From an uncultured Alphaproteobacteria bacterium (GTDB taxonomy: Bacteria > Pseudomonadota > Alphaproteobacteria > HIMB59 > GCA-002718135): a DNA stretch of 64,000 nucleotides. A program made the translations under genes and the position numbers. Location: positions 26,349 to 90,348 of the forward strand of contig CACMQB010000001.1 in the NCBI GenBank assembly GCA_902615745.1, in the 5' to 3' direction. Shown here piece after piece: positions 20,020 to 30,692 of this stretch (the stretch's first letter is position 1; each line of letters starts with the position of its first letter). The notes beneath the pieces are model-generated. The model was not told the DNA's origin. It searched no databases and worked only from the letters and a program-made list of their open reading frames with translations.

Positions 20020-21141
20020 ATGCTCTTATCTGCTATTAAAGAAAATGATAACAATGAGACAAGAGTCTCTATCTCCCCTGAGTCCGTAAAGCTTTTTTCT
20101 AGATTAGGTTTTGAAGTTATAATTGAAAATGGAGCGGGAGAAACTTCAGGATATCAGAATTCAAATTATCAAGAAGCTGGAGCAAAAATTGTTAATAGAT
20201 CTGAATGCCTGAAGGCTGATGTTTGTTTATGTGTTAGAATGCCAAGTACTGATGATATAAATAACTTAAAAAGTAATTCATTACTTATTGGAATTTTAAA
20301 TCCATATGAAAATAAATCTGAATTTTCTAATTTAAACAAAAACAAAATATCATCATGCTGTATGGAATTAATTCCTAGAATAAGTAGAGCACAAAGTATG
20401 GATGTTCTATCATCCCAAGCTAACTTAGCAGGTTATAGAAGTGTAATTGATGCAGCAGAGCAATTTGGAAAAGCTTTTCCTATGATGATGACTGCAGCTG
20501 GAAGAGTAAATCCAGCAAAAGTCATGATACTAGGTGTGGGAGTTGCAGGTTTACAAGCTATAGCAACAGCAAAAAGACTTGGTGCAGTAGTTTCTGCCAC
20601 TGATGTAAGAGCAGCAACTAAGGAACAAGTTGAAAGTCTTGGTGGAAAATTCATAATGGTTGAAGATGATGAAGCTCAAAATGCTGAAACCGCAGGTGGT
20701 TATGCAAAGGAAATGAGTGAAGATTATAAGAAAAAACAAGCTCAATTGATAGCTGAAACAGTTTCAAAACAAGATATAGTAATTTGTACAGCTCTTATCC
20801 CCGGGAAAAAAGCTCCAGTTTTAATCACAGAAGAAATGGTCTCTTCAATGATACCGGGCTCAGTAGTAATTGATTTAGCTGTAGAAGCTGGTGGTAATTG
20901 CCCTTTAAGTAAAATGAATGAAATAGTAGTGCATAATGGAGTAAAAATTGTTGGTTACGGAAATGTTCCTGGAAGAGTGGCTAAAGATGCCTCAGCACTG
21001 TATGCTAAAAATATTTTTAACTTTTTAAGTTTATTAATAGATAAAGAAAATAAAAAAATAAATTTTGATTTTGATGATGAAATAATTAATTCTGTTTTGC
21101 TAACGCATGACGGAAATGTAAGATTGGAGCAATTTAAGTAA
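20020..21141 (+). CDS. pntAA: NAD(P) transhydrogenase subunit alpha, part 1 (dI)
   Basis: 373 aa. Alanine dehydrogenase/PNT fold with the NAD site ILGVGVAGLQAIATAKRLGAVV. It is followed by the alpha-2 and beta subunits. Confidence 0.92.
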   Translation: MLLSAIKENDNNETRVSISPESVKLFSRLGFEVIIENGAGETSGYQNSNYQEAGAKIVNRSECLKADVCLCVRMPSTDDINNLKSNSLLIGILNPYENKSEFSNLNKNKISSCCMELIPRISRAQSMDVLSSQANLAGYRSVIDAAEQFGKAFPMMMTAAGRVNPAKVMILGVGVAGLQAIATAKRLGAVVSATDVRAATKEQVESLGGKFIMVEDDEAQNAETAGGYAKEMSEDYKKKQAQLIAETVSKQDIVICTALIPGKKAPVLITEEMVSSMIPGSVVIDLAVEAGGNCPLSKMNEIVVHNGVKIVGYGNVPGRVAKDASALYAKNIFNFLSLLIDKENKKINFDFDDEIINSVLLTHDGNVRLEQFK

Positions 21142-21142
21142 T

Positions 21143-21460
21143 ATGGAAGCACATTCTTCAGAAGTTTTTGTTATTGGACTAACCGTATTCTTTTTAGCTT
21201 GTATTATTGGTTATTATGTAGTGTGGTCAGTCACCCCTGCTTTGCATAGTCCACTGATGGGTGTAACAAATGCAATATCAAGTGTAATCATTGTTGGAGC
21301 AATACTGGCCGCTGGCCCCCAAGGTTTTGATACTTCTAAAATATTTGGATTAATAGGTGTTGTCTTGGCCTCAGTTAATATTTTTGGAGGTTTTTTAGTA
21401 ACATATCGAATGCTCTCGATGTTTAAGAAAAAAACTAAAAAAACAAAGGAAAAAGAATAA
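21143..21460 (+). CDS. pntAB: NAD(P) transhydrogenase subunit alpha, part 2 (membrane dII-alpha)
   Basis: 105 aa with 3 TM helices (SPLMGVTNAISSVIIVGA), located between pntAA and pntB. Confidence 0.9.
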   Translation: MEAHSSEVFVIGLTVFFLACIIGYYVVWSVTPALHSPLMGVTNAISSVIIVGAILAAGPQGFDTSKIFGLIGVVLASVNIFGGFLVTYRMLSMFKKKTKKTKEKE

Positions 21461-22854
21461 TGTCTTCTAACATAGTTGCGATATTATATTTAATTTCTGC
21501 ATTATTATTTATCTTTGCTTTAAGAGGTTTATCCCATCCTGAATCTTCAAGAATGGGTAACATTTTTGGGATCATTGGAATGATTATAGCGGTGTTTACA
21601 ACCCTTATGTTCAAATCAGTTCTTAGTTATTATGAAATTGGGGCCGCAATACTAATTGGTGGTGCCATAGGTTCATTTATTGCTCTTAGAATTGAGATGA
21701 CAGCGTTACCTCAGTTGGTAGCAGCTTTTCATAGCTTAGTAGGACTAGCAGCTGTATTTGTTGCTGCAGCAGCGTTCTATGATCCCGTAGCTTTTAGTAT
21801 TGGAAAAGTTGGATCAATTAAAACCGCTAGTCTAGTTGAAATGAGTATTGGAACATTTATCGGTGCTATAACTTTTTCCGGTTCAGTTTTAGCTTTTGGA
21901 AAATTACAAGGAACCATTTCAGGAAAGCCTATAGTGTTTAAGTTTCAGCACCTTATTAATGCACTAATATTCCTACTTATAATTATTCTAATTATTTTAT
22001 TTGTAATCAATCAATCTCCAACAATCTTTTGGACAATAGTAATCGTTTCAATATTGTTAGGATTTCTTGTAGTAATTCCTATCGGTGGAGCTGACATGCC
22101 AGTTGTAGTATCTATGTTAAACTCTTATTCAGGTTGGGCGGCTTGTGGAATAGGATTTACCTTAAGTAATAATCTCTTGATTATAACTGGAGCCCTTGTA
22201 GGAGCTTCAGGCGCAATATTAAGTTATATAATGAGTAAAGGGATGAATAGATCCATTATTAATGTTGTTCTAGGGGGTTTTGGTGGTGAGCAAGACACTA
22301 GTGCTAGTAAGGATAACTCTGATAAAATTGTTAAACAAGGTAATGCAGAGGATGCAGCATATATAATGAAAAATGCAGACTCTGTAATTATTGTACCAGG
22401 ATACGGAATGGCTGTAGCACAAGCTCAACATGCCTTAAGGGAAATGGGTGATATATTAAAAAAAGAAGGAATAGATGTAAGATATGCAATACATCCAGTA
22501 GCGGGAAGAATGCCAGGACATATGAATGTTTTGCTTGCTGAAGCTAATGTTCCTTATGAAGAAGTATTAGAACTAGATGAAATTAATCATGATTTTCCTA
22601 TGACAGAGGTTTCTTTTGTAATAGGTGCAAATGATGTAACTAATCCGGCTGCAAAAACTGATGAATCTTCTCCTATTTTTGGTATGCCTATTTTAGATGT
22701 AGAAAAGTCTCAAAGTGTTTTATTCGTTAAACGTTCAATGGCAACGGGTTATTCTGGTGTTGATAATGAATTATTTTATAGAGATAACACAACTATGCTA
22801 TTTGGTGATGCAAAAAAAATGTGTGAGGATATTGTAAAGAGTCTGTCGGCTTAA
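21460..22854 (+). CDS. pntB: NAD(P) transhydrogenase subunit beta
   Basis: 464 aa. An N-terminal membrane domain and the C-terminal dIII NADP(H) domain ([40 protein letters not shown]). The start overlaps the pntAB stop by 1 nt. Confidence 0.95.
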   Translation: MSSNIVAILYLISALLFIFALRGLSHPESSRMGNIFGIIGMIIAVFTTLMFKSVLSYYEIGAAILIGGAIGSFIALRIEMTALPQLVAAFHSLVGLAAVFVAAAAFYDPVAFSIGKVGSIKTASLVEMSIGTFIGAITFSGSVLAFGKLQGTISGKPIVFKFQHLINALIFLLIIILIILFVINQSPTIFWTIVIVSILLGFLVVIPIGGADMPVVVSMLNSYSGWAACGIGFTLSNNLLIITGALVGASGAILSYIMSKGMNRSIINVVLGGFGGEQDTSASKDNSDKIVKQGNAEDAAYIMKNADSVIIVPGYGMAVAQAQHALREMGDILKKEGIDVRYAIHPVAGRMPGHMNVLLAEANVPYEEVLELDEINHDFPMTEVSFVIGANDVTNPAAKTDESSPIFGMPILDVEKSQSVLFVKRSMATGYSGVDNELFYRDNTTMLFGDAKKMCEDIVKSLSA

Positions 22855-23048
22855 CCGTTATTTCTTTTAGCTGATTTTCTAGCTCTTCTTATATTTTCTT
22901 CTTTTTCTCTAGCACGCTTTAAACAAGGTTTTTCATAGTGTTTACGAAGTTTCATTTCTTTATATAAACCTTCACGCTGCATTTTCTTTTTAAGCGATCT
23001 GATTGCTTGTTCTACGTTATTATCTTTTACGTTTACAAAAAGTGTCAT
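22851..23048 (-). CDS. rpsU: 30S ribosomal protein S21
   Basis: 65 aa. The sequence [36 protein letters not shown] is typical S21. Confidence 0.95.
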   Translation of the reverse strand: MTLFVNVKDNNVEQAIRSLKKKMQREGLYKEMKLRKHYEKPCLKRAREKEENIRRARKSAKRNNG

Positions 23049-23142
23049 TGGTTCGGGCTAGTATCACAAACTCATATTATTTGCAAACGGATATATTGAA
23101 TTAATCTATTGGTATATTAGAAAAAACACTTATATTTATTAT

Positions 23143-23673
23143 GTGTCAATTCTCAAAATATCAAAAATTGGTCATCCCATTTTGCTAAAAGAATGTTCTG
23201 AGATAAAAGAATTCTCATCAGATTCTTTAAAAAAAATAGTCTATGATATGTCCGAAACAATGCTAGACTATAACGGTATAGGTTTAGCAGCACCCCAAGT
23301 ACATATTTCAAAGCAAATAATAGTATTTCGTAATCCTGATATTGAAGTAAAAGATAAAATTGAGATAACACCATTAATAAATCCTAGTTTTACATCTATA
23401 GGAAAAGAAACTGAGGATGATTGGGAAGGTTGTTTGTCTATTCCTGGTATGCAAGGCTTAGTTAGAAGATTTAAGAAAATTAAATATTCTGGATTTGATC
23501 TTGATGGTAAAGTGATTGAAAATGAAGTTGAAGGTTTACATGCTAGGGTAGTACAACATGAGGTTGATCATTTAAACGGCATTTTGTATACATCACGCTT
23601 AGCACATAAAAATGCTTTTGGTTTTGAAAAAGAAATAACAACTTATTGGAAAAATGAACAAAGCAGAAAATAA
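23143..23673 (+). CDS. def: Peptide deformylase
   Basis: 176 aa with a GTG start. All three PDF motifs are present: GIGLAAPQV, EGCLS and HEVDHLNG. Confidence 0.93.
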   Translation: MSILKISKIGHPILLKECSEIKEFSSDSLKKIVYDMSETMLDYNGIGLAAPQVHISKQIIVFRNPDIEVKDKIEITPLINPSFTSIGKETEDDWEGCLSIPGMQGLVRRFKKIKYSGFDLDGKVIENEVEGLHARVVQHEVDHLNGILYTSRLAHKNAFGFEKEITTYWKNEQSRK

Positions 23674-24271
23674 AAAAAAAGAAGATATTCTAAAAAAAAC
23701 AAAAAAAATTGTATCAATTGAAGGCTGGTCATCAGAAATAATTTTTAAATTACAAAAACAAAACATAGAAAAAAATGATTTATTCTTTTTTTTTCCAGAT
23801 GGATATAAAGATTTATTAGAATATACTCTACAAAATATTAATGAAAAACTTGAATATAAATTAAAAAAAATCAATTTAATTAATTTTCCAATTAACAAAA
23901 GAATAAAAAAAATATTATTATTACGATTTGATATATTAAATGAAGATAAAGAATTTTATAAAAAAACTTTTAACCATCTTTTGCTTCCTACAAATAGTAA
24001 AATATCTAAAAAGAGCTTATATAATTCAGTAAATACGATGTGGTATTTAGCTGGAGATAATTCAACAGATTTCAATTTTTATACAAAAAGACTTATTTTA
24101 TCTGGGATATATACTAATGCCTTATTTGTTTTTTTTTCAAAAGAAATGAAGTATGTTGAAGAAAATATTGATAAAAATCTTAAGAGAATATCAAAAATTC
24201 CAAAATTTAAGGAGAGAATATCTTTTATTAAAGATAACGCTCCTAAATTTTTAAAAAGTTTTTTAGCTTAA
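23654..24271 (+). CDS. COQ9-family protein (the alphaproteobacterial 'rpsU-divergently transcribed' family)
   Basis: 205 aa and helical. Its size and its position near a divergent rpsU match my memory of TIGR02396/COQ9 homologs. It overlaps def by 20 nt. The family assignment is by recollection, not a search. Confidence 0.6.
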   Translation: MNKAENKKKEDILKKTKKIVSIEGWSSEIIFKLQKQNIEKNDLFFFFPDGYKDLLEYTLQNINEKLEYKLKKINLINFPINKRIKKILLLRFDILNEDKEFYKKTFNHLLLPTNSKISKKSLYNSVNTMWYLAGDNSTDFNFYTKRLILSGIYTNALFVFFSKEMKYVEENIDKNLKRISKIPKFKERISFIKDNAPKFLKSFLA

Positions 24272-24468
24272 GCTATACTATCTGGCTCTAATTTATTTTG
24301 AATTTCTAATATTTTATCTTTAAGGATTAATTTTCTTTTTTTTAACCTTTGAATTTGTAAAAAATCTACAGTATTTTTTTCTTGAAGCCTAACGAGTATT
24401 TCATCAAGATCTCTGTGTTCTTGTTCAAAATTTTTTAAAATTTCTATAAGTTTGTTAATGTCATCCAT
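24268..24468 (-). CDS. DUF465 (YdcH-like) small coiled-coil protein
   Basis: The core HRDLDEILVRLQ...QIQRLKKRKLILKDKILEIQ is typical DUF465. I start at the internal ATG (24468). The track's upstream extension to 24540 encodes an implausible hydrophobic leader and would overlap the pfk start. Confidence 0.7.
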   Translation of the reverse strand: MDDINKLIEILKNFEQEHRDLDEILVRLQEKNTVDFLQIQRLKKRKLILKDKILEIQNKLEPDSIA

Positions 24469-24512
24469 GAAAATAAATAAGTAAAAATATAATAATAGTA
24501 TATAAACGCCTT

Positions 24513-25598
24513 GTGGTGAAAAAAATAGCAATTTTAACAAGCGGTGGAGATTGTGCAGGTTTAAATGCAGTAATTAGAGCTGTTACCCTGAGAGCACATA
24601 ATAAGTACAATTGGGAAGTTTATGGAATTAAAGATGGAACATTAGGCTTGTTGAAAGAACCACTGGATGTTATCAAATTAAATCCGCAAAATTTTGAGGG
24701 TAGCTTAATGAGAATGGGTGGAACTTTTTTGGGATCAAATAATAAAGGCAACCCTTTTAAAAAAATTATAAGGAATGGAAAAAAAATTGACTCATCTGAT
24801 TTAGTTATAGAAGGTTTTAAAAAATTAGGAATAGATGCCCTAATAGGTATTGGCGGAGATGGAAGTTTAAAAATACTCCAAAGTATTACAAAAAAGGGAA
24901 ATATAAATTTTGTAGGTATTCCAAAGACTATAGATAATGATGTAAAGCATAATGAGCTTTCTATAGGCTATGATACTGCAGTTGATGTTGCAACAAATGC
25001 ATTAGATATGCTTCAACCAACAGCTGCAAGTCACAGAAGAGTAATGATTTTAGAAGTAATGGGTAGAGATGCAGGTCACATTGCTTTGAATGCAGGAATA
25101 GCTGGAGGAGCAGATGTCATTTTGATTCCCGAGATTCAATATAAAATAAAATCTATTGCAGATCATATTGAGAAACTTAGGTCTAAAGGAAGAAATCATG
25201 CATTAATTGTTGTTGCAGAAGCTGTAAAAAAAGAAAACGGTAAAAAAGCTACAGTGAAATATGTTGATGGAGAGGTGCGTCTTGGAGGGATTGGAAATTA
25301 TCTTGGTGATGAAATCTATAAAATAACAGATTCCGAGACAAGAGTAACAGTTCTTGGACATGTGCAAAGAGGTGCCCAACCAACTCATAGAGATCGTTTA
25401 ATTGCAAGTGCCTTTGGGGTTTATGCTGTTGATTTAATTGCAAAGAAAAAATTTAATAGAGTTGTTGTATGGAAAGACAGAGGAGTACAAGATTTGATGC
25501 TTAGCCAAGTTGCTGGATATTCAAAAACAGTTCAAAAAAATGATCCTTTAATTAAAGTAGCTGAAGGTCTCGGAATTTATATTGGTGAAACAAACTAA
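24513..25598 (+). CDS. pfk: 6-phosphofructokinase (PfkA family)
   Basis: 361 aa with a GTG start. Motifs ILTSGGDCAGLNA, GIGGDGS, PKTIDND and MGR.AGHIAL. Confidence 0.92.
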   Translation: MVKKIAILTSGGDCAGLNAVIRAVTLRAHNKYNWEVYGIKDGTLGLLKEPLDVIKLNPQNFEGSLMRMGGTFLGSNNKGNPFKKIIRNGKKIDSSDLVIEGFKKLGIDALIGIGGDGSLKILQSITKKGNINFVGIPKTIDNDVKHNELSIGYDTAVDVATNALDMLQPTAASHRRVMILEVMGRDAGHIALNAGIAGGADVILIPEIQYKIKSIADHIEKLRSKGRNHALIVVAEAVKKENGKKATVKYVDGEVRLGGIGNYLGDEIYKITDSETRVTVLGHVQRGAQPTHRDRLIASAFGVYAVDLIAKKKFNRVVVWKDRGVQDLMLSQVAGYSKTVQKNDPLIKVAEGLGIYIGETN

Positions 25599-26353
25599 AA
25601 ATTTCCTAATTTTTTCCATATATAAAAATATATTTTGTAAGGTAATATCCTTGTAAATTTAAAAAAATATACAATCAAATAGGGAAAAATTATTTCAAAT
25701 TCTTTACCTTTAGTTAACCTATCAAATATTTTTTTTCCTGCATATTCAGCACTTTTTAAAAAAGGCATTTTGAAGCTATTTTTTTTTGTTGCTTCGGTAT
25801 CAATAAAACCTGGACATATGACTCTAACATTAATGTTCAACTTTTTGAAATCAAAATACAAGCTTTCACTCAAGCTTAATTGAGCTGCCTTAGAAATTCC
25901 ATACGCCCCAGCTGTTGGCCATCCTCTATATCCCAACGGTGAAGAAATAATAGCAATCGTATTATTTCTATTTTTCATAACATCTTTTAATTTGTTAACA
26001 CAATACAAAGTGCCTTTGATATTTACATCTACGAGCAATTCGTAGTTTGAAATATCAAATATTTGATTTTTGTTTGGACTATAAGCTGATGCATTTAATA
26101 ATGCTATATCAATTTTACCAATATTTTTTTCTATAGAATTAATCGTTTCATCAACATTATTTTTTGAAGAAATATCACAGACAATAGCATGAACTAAATT
26201 TTTATTATTATTTAGTTCCAATTTTTTTTTTGCGGATTCAAGTTTTATTTTATTACTTGAAGAAATTACAACTTGCCAATTATTATTTATAAATTCTTTT
26301 GCTGTAGCAAAACCAATACCTGAAGATCCACCAGTAATCCATATAGTTTTCAA
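25595..26353 (-). CDS. Short-chain dehydrogenase/reductase (SDR) with a hydrophobic C-terminal tail
   Basis: 252 aa. Motifs TGGSSGIGFATA, NASA and YGISKAA (YxxxK). The C-terminus (IIFPYLIVYFFKF) looks membrane-associating. Confidence 0.85.
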   Translation of the reverse strand: MKTIWITGGSSGIGFATAKEFINNNWQVVISSSNKIKLESAKKKLELNNNKNLVHAIVCDISSKNNVDETINSIEKNIGKIDIALLNASAYSPNKNQIFDISNYELLVDVNIKGTLYCVNKLKDVMKNRNNTIAIISSPLGYRGWPTAGAYGISKAAQLSLSESLYFDFKKLNINVRVICPGFIDTEATKKNSFKMPFLKSAEYAGKKIFDRLTKGKEFEIIFPYLIVYFFKFTRILPYKIYFYIWKKLGNF

Positions 26354-27037
26354 CTATAGACTCCAATCATTACGAATTATTGTTATAGTGTTTTTTTTAT
26401 CATTAGGGTTTTTAAATTCCATTTTCATGAGCTCTTTTTCAAAATACCAAAGTGTATACTTAGGGAATGGCCCTTTATCTTTTGGATTTTTTGATGCATT
26501 GAAAACATACTTGTTAGCTAATATTTCAATGTCACCGATTTTAATTTTTTCATCTTCAAGTTGCTTTACTTCTATAGTTCTTACAATACCTTTTTGAGTA
26601 TCAAATACTTCTTTTTCATTTAACATCTCAAGATTCCAATAATTTAATGGTACTATATTTTTATCTAATTTTAATTGTCCATCCATACCACTAGCAATAA
26701 AAAAATTGTCTTTATCATTTCCAATTATTTTATACTCTCGATCATCTTCAAAGTCTGTAAATCCATCTATTGATACAAATTCACCATTTTTCCAAGTTTC
26801 TCTAGTTTCTTGAAAAAATTTGTATGCAGGAATAAATAAAACTTTAACATTTATCTTTAAGACTGAATGTATAACGACACTATCTTCATTTTCTATAAAT
26901 TTTGATATTAAGCTCCCTATATTTTTCTTTTTCCTAATAACATCAAAGCTAACTTCTTTATCATCAGGTATTGGAAATGGTTGACTAAAAACGCTAAAAG
27001 AAAAAAGAGATAAACAAATTATAAATATATATTTCAC
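26354..27037 (-). CDS. Secreted protein of unknown function (possibly DUF3108/DUF6134-like beta-rich fold)
   Basis: 227 aa. Has a signal peptide (IFIICLSLFSFSVFS/QP) and mostly beta-like alternating patterns. It sits tightly between two SDR genes (4-nt overlap, 0-nt gap). Confidence 0.6.
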   Translation of the reverse strand: MKYIFIICLSLFSFSVFSQPFPIPDDKEVSFDVIRKKKNIGSLISKFIENEDSVVIHSVLKINVKVLFIPAYKFFQETRETWKNGEFVSIDGFTDFEDDREYKIIGNDKDNFFIASGMDGQLKLDKNIVPLNYWNLEMLNEKEVFDTQKGIVRTIEVKQLEDEKIKIGDIEILANKYVFNASKNPKDKGPFPKYTLWYFEKELMKMEFKNPNDKKNTITIIRNDWSL

Positions 27038-27751
27038 GATTTAATTCTTAATGATGATCTTCCTCCATCTATATGAAATATTTGTCCAGTAATCCAACTA
27101 TTTTTATCACTTAATAGAAAACTTCCAATATCAGAGAAATCATCACCAGATCCAATTTTAGGTAAAGGATGCATATTTTCAATTGCTTTCTTAATAGTTT
27201 CATTATTAAGTAACTTTTGTGTCATTTTTGCGTCAGTTAAACTTGGTGCAATACAATTAACTTTAATTTTTGGAGCAAATTCTGCTGCTAAGCTTAAAGT
27301 AAGCCCTTCAATGGCACCTTTTGCGGTAGAGACTATTGTGTGATTAGTAAAGCCCTGTTTAACAGCTATAGTTGAATAAAGTAGAATACTACCATTATTT
27401 TTAGCTAAAGTTTCTTGATTAAACTTAATTGCATTTACAGCACTAAGTGTATTTATTTTAAAAGACTCAATAAAATCCTCATCTTTAGTCATTTTGAGAG
27501 GTTTTAAATTTATAGAACCAACACAAAAAGCAATACCACATAATCGATCTTTATATTCTTCTGAAATATTTTTAACTTTATCAAAATCTAAAACATCACA
27601 AACTTTATATTCGCAACCAATTTCCTCAGATAATTGTTTTAATTCTGTCTCATTTCTAGAAATAATTATTGGATCAAAATTATTGCTTTTCAATTTTTTT
27701 GATAATGATTTTCCAATAGAACCAGTTCCCCCAAAGACAAATATATTTTTG

Positions 27752-27759
<8 letters not shown>
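27034..27759 (-). CDS. Short-chain dehydrogenase/reductase (SDR, FabG-like)
   Basis: 241 aa. Motifs GGTGSIGKSL and STAKGAIEGL (a variant of the YxxxK region). The C-terminal ITGQIFHIDGG is typical of classical SDRs. Confidence 0.85.
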
Positions 27760-29870
<2,111 letters not shown>

Positions 29871-29871
<1 letters not shown>

Positions 29872-30182
29872 TGCCAAAGTTAATAATCACAGATAGATCA
29901 GGTAAAAAGTCTGAAATTGAATATGATAGTAATTTTACATTAATGGAAACACTTAGAGACAATGGCTACGAAATTGAAGCTTCATGTGGAGGATGTTGTG
30001 CTTGTGCTACCTGTCATGTTTATATTGATGAAAAATGGAAAAATAAACTAAAAAATATGGATGATGATGAAGAATCTATGCTGGATCAAGCTTTTGATGT
30101 TAAAAATAATTCAAGATTATCCTGTCAAATTGATCTATCTGAAGAATTTGATGGATTAGAGATAGAAATAGCACCAGAATAG
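29871..30182 (+). CDS. [2Fe-2S] ferredoxin, adrenodoxin/putidaredoxin (vertebrate) type
   Basis: 103 aa. Cys ligand pattern C-x5-C-x2-C (SCGGCCACATCH) plus a distal Cys (RLSCQI). The start overlaps the FNR stop by 1 nt. Confidence 0.9.
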
Positions 30183-30184
30183 TA

Positions 30185-30228
30185 TTGACATAAATTAATA
30201 ATTTGTATACAAACAGTTTGTATAAAAA
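30185..30228 (+). promoter_or_regulatory. Putative promoter (TTGACA at 30185-30190) overlapping an inverted repeat, likely the MarR operator
   Basis: The inverted repeat is TTTGTATACAAAC (30202-30214), one spacer base, then GTTTGTATAAAAA (30216-28). The arms match at 12 of 13 positions, the inner 9 contiguous. It lies directly upstream of the marR-family ATG at 30231. There is a perfect -35 hexamer but only weak -10 candidates (TATACA/TACAAA). Confidence 0.4.
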
Positions 30229-30230
30229 CT

Positions 30231-30692
30231 ATGGCAGACACTTCTCTTAATGAGAATAGATTATCATTATTAATATGGCAAACATCAAACTTATGGCAAT
30301 CTAAAGTAAGGAATAAATTAAAAGAGAGTGAAATCACATTAAATGAATATCTTATTCTCGAGACAATTTATTTATTACAGCAAAAAAACATAAATATTAC
30401 ACAACAGGATATATGTAAAAATGCATCTATCGATAGATCAGTTGTTAGCTTACGTGTTTCTAAATTAGAAGAAAAGAATTTAATATCAAAACAACAACCA
30501 CAAGATAAAAGATCTGACAGTTTAATTTTAACTGCATCAGGGATTGATTTAATTAATAATATTATTGATAATATTGTAGATTTAGAAAATGAATTATTTA
30601 ATAAATTAGGATCTGAAATTTTTAATTTCACAAATTCATTAAAGTTGTTATTGGGTAAAAAAATTAGAATTAGAGCAAAATTAAATGATTGA
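30231..30692 (+). CDS. MarR family transcriptional regulator
   Basis: 153 aa with a winged-HTH layout (ITLNEYLILETIYLL...ITQQDICKNASIDRSVVSLRVSKLEEKNLI). It overlaps the next gene by 8 nt. Confidence 0.8.
   Translation: MADTSLNENRLSLLIWQTSNLWQSKVRNKLKESEITLNEYLILETIYLLQQKNINITQQDICKNASIDRSVVSLRVSKLEEKNLISKQQPQDKRSDSLILTASGIDLINNIIDNIVDLENELFNKLGSEIFNFTNSLKLLLGKKIRIRAKLND

Noticed and set aside
24469-24540. The N-terminal extension of the DUF465 ORF (MLKLLFFSPQGVYILLLYFYLFIF...) given by the track.
   Set aside because: The extension is hydrophobic junk-like sequence that would overlap the pfk start. The internal ATG at 24468 gives the typical family length of about 66 aa.
30125-30337. A 70-aa minus-strand ORF spanning the ferredoxin-marR intergenic region.
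   Set aside because: It overlaps the 3' end of the ferredoxin gene and the 5' end of marR, and it has no motif. The region is better explained as a promoter/operator (TTGACA plus inverted repeat).
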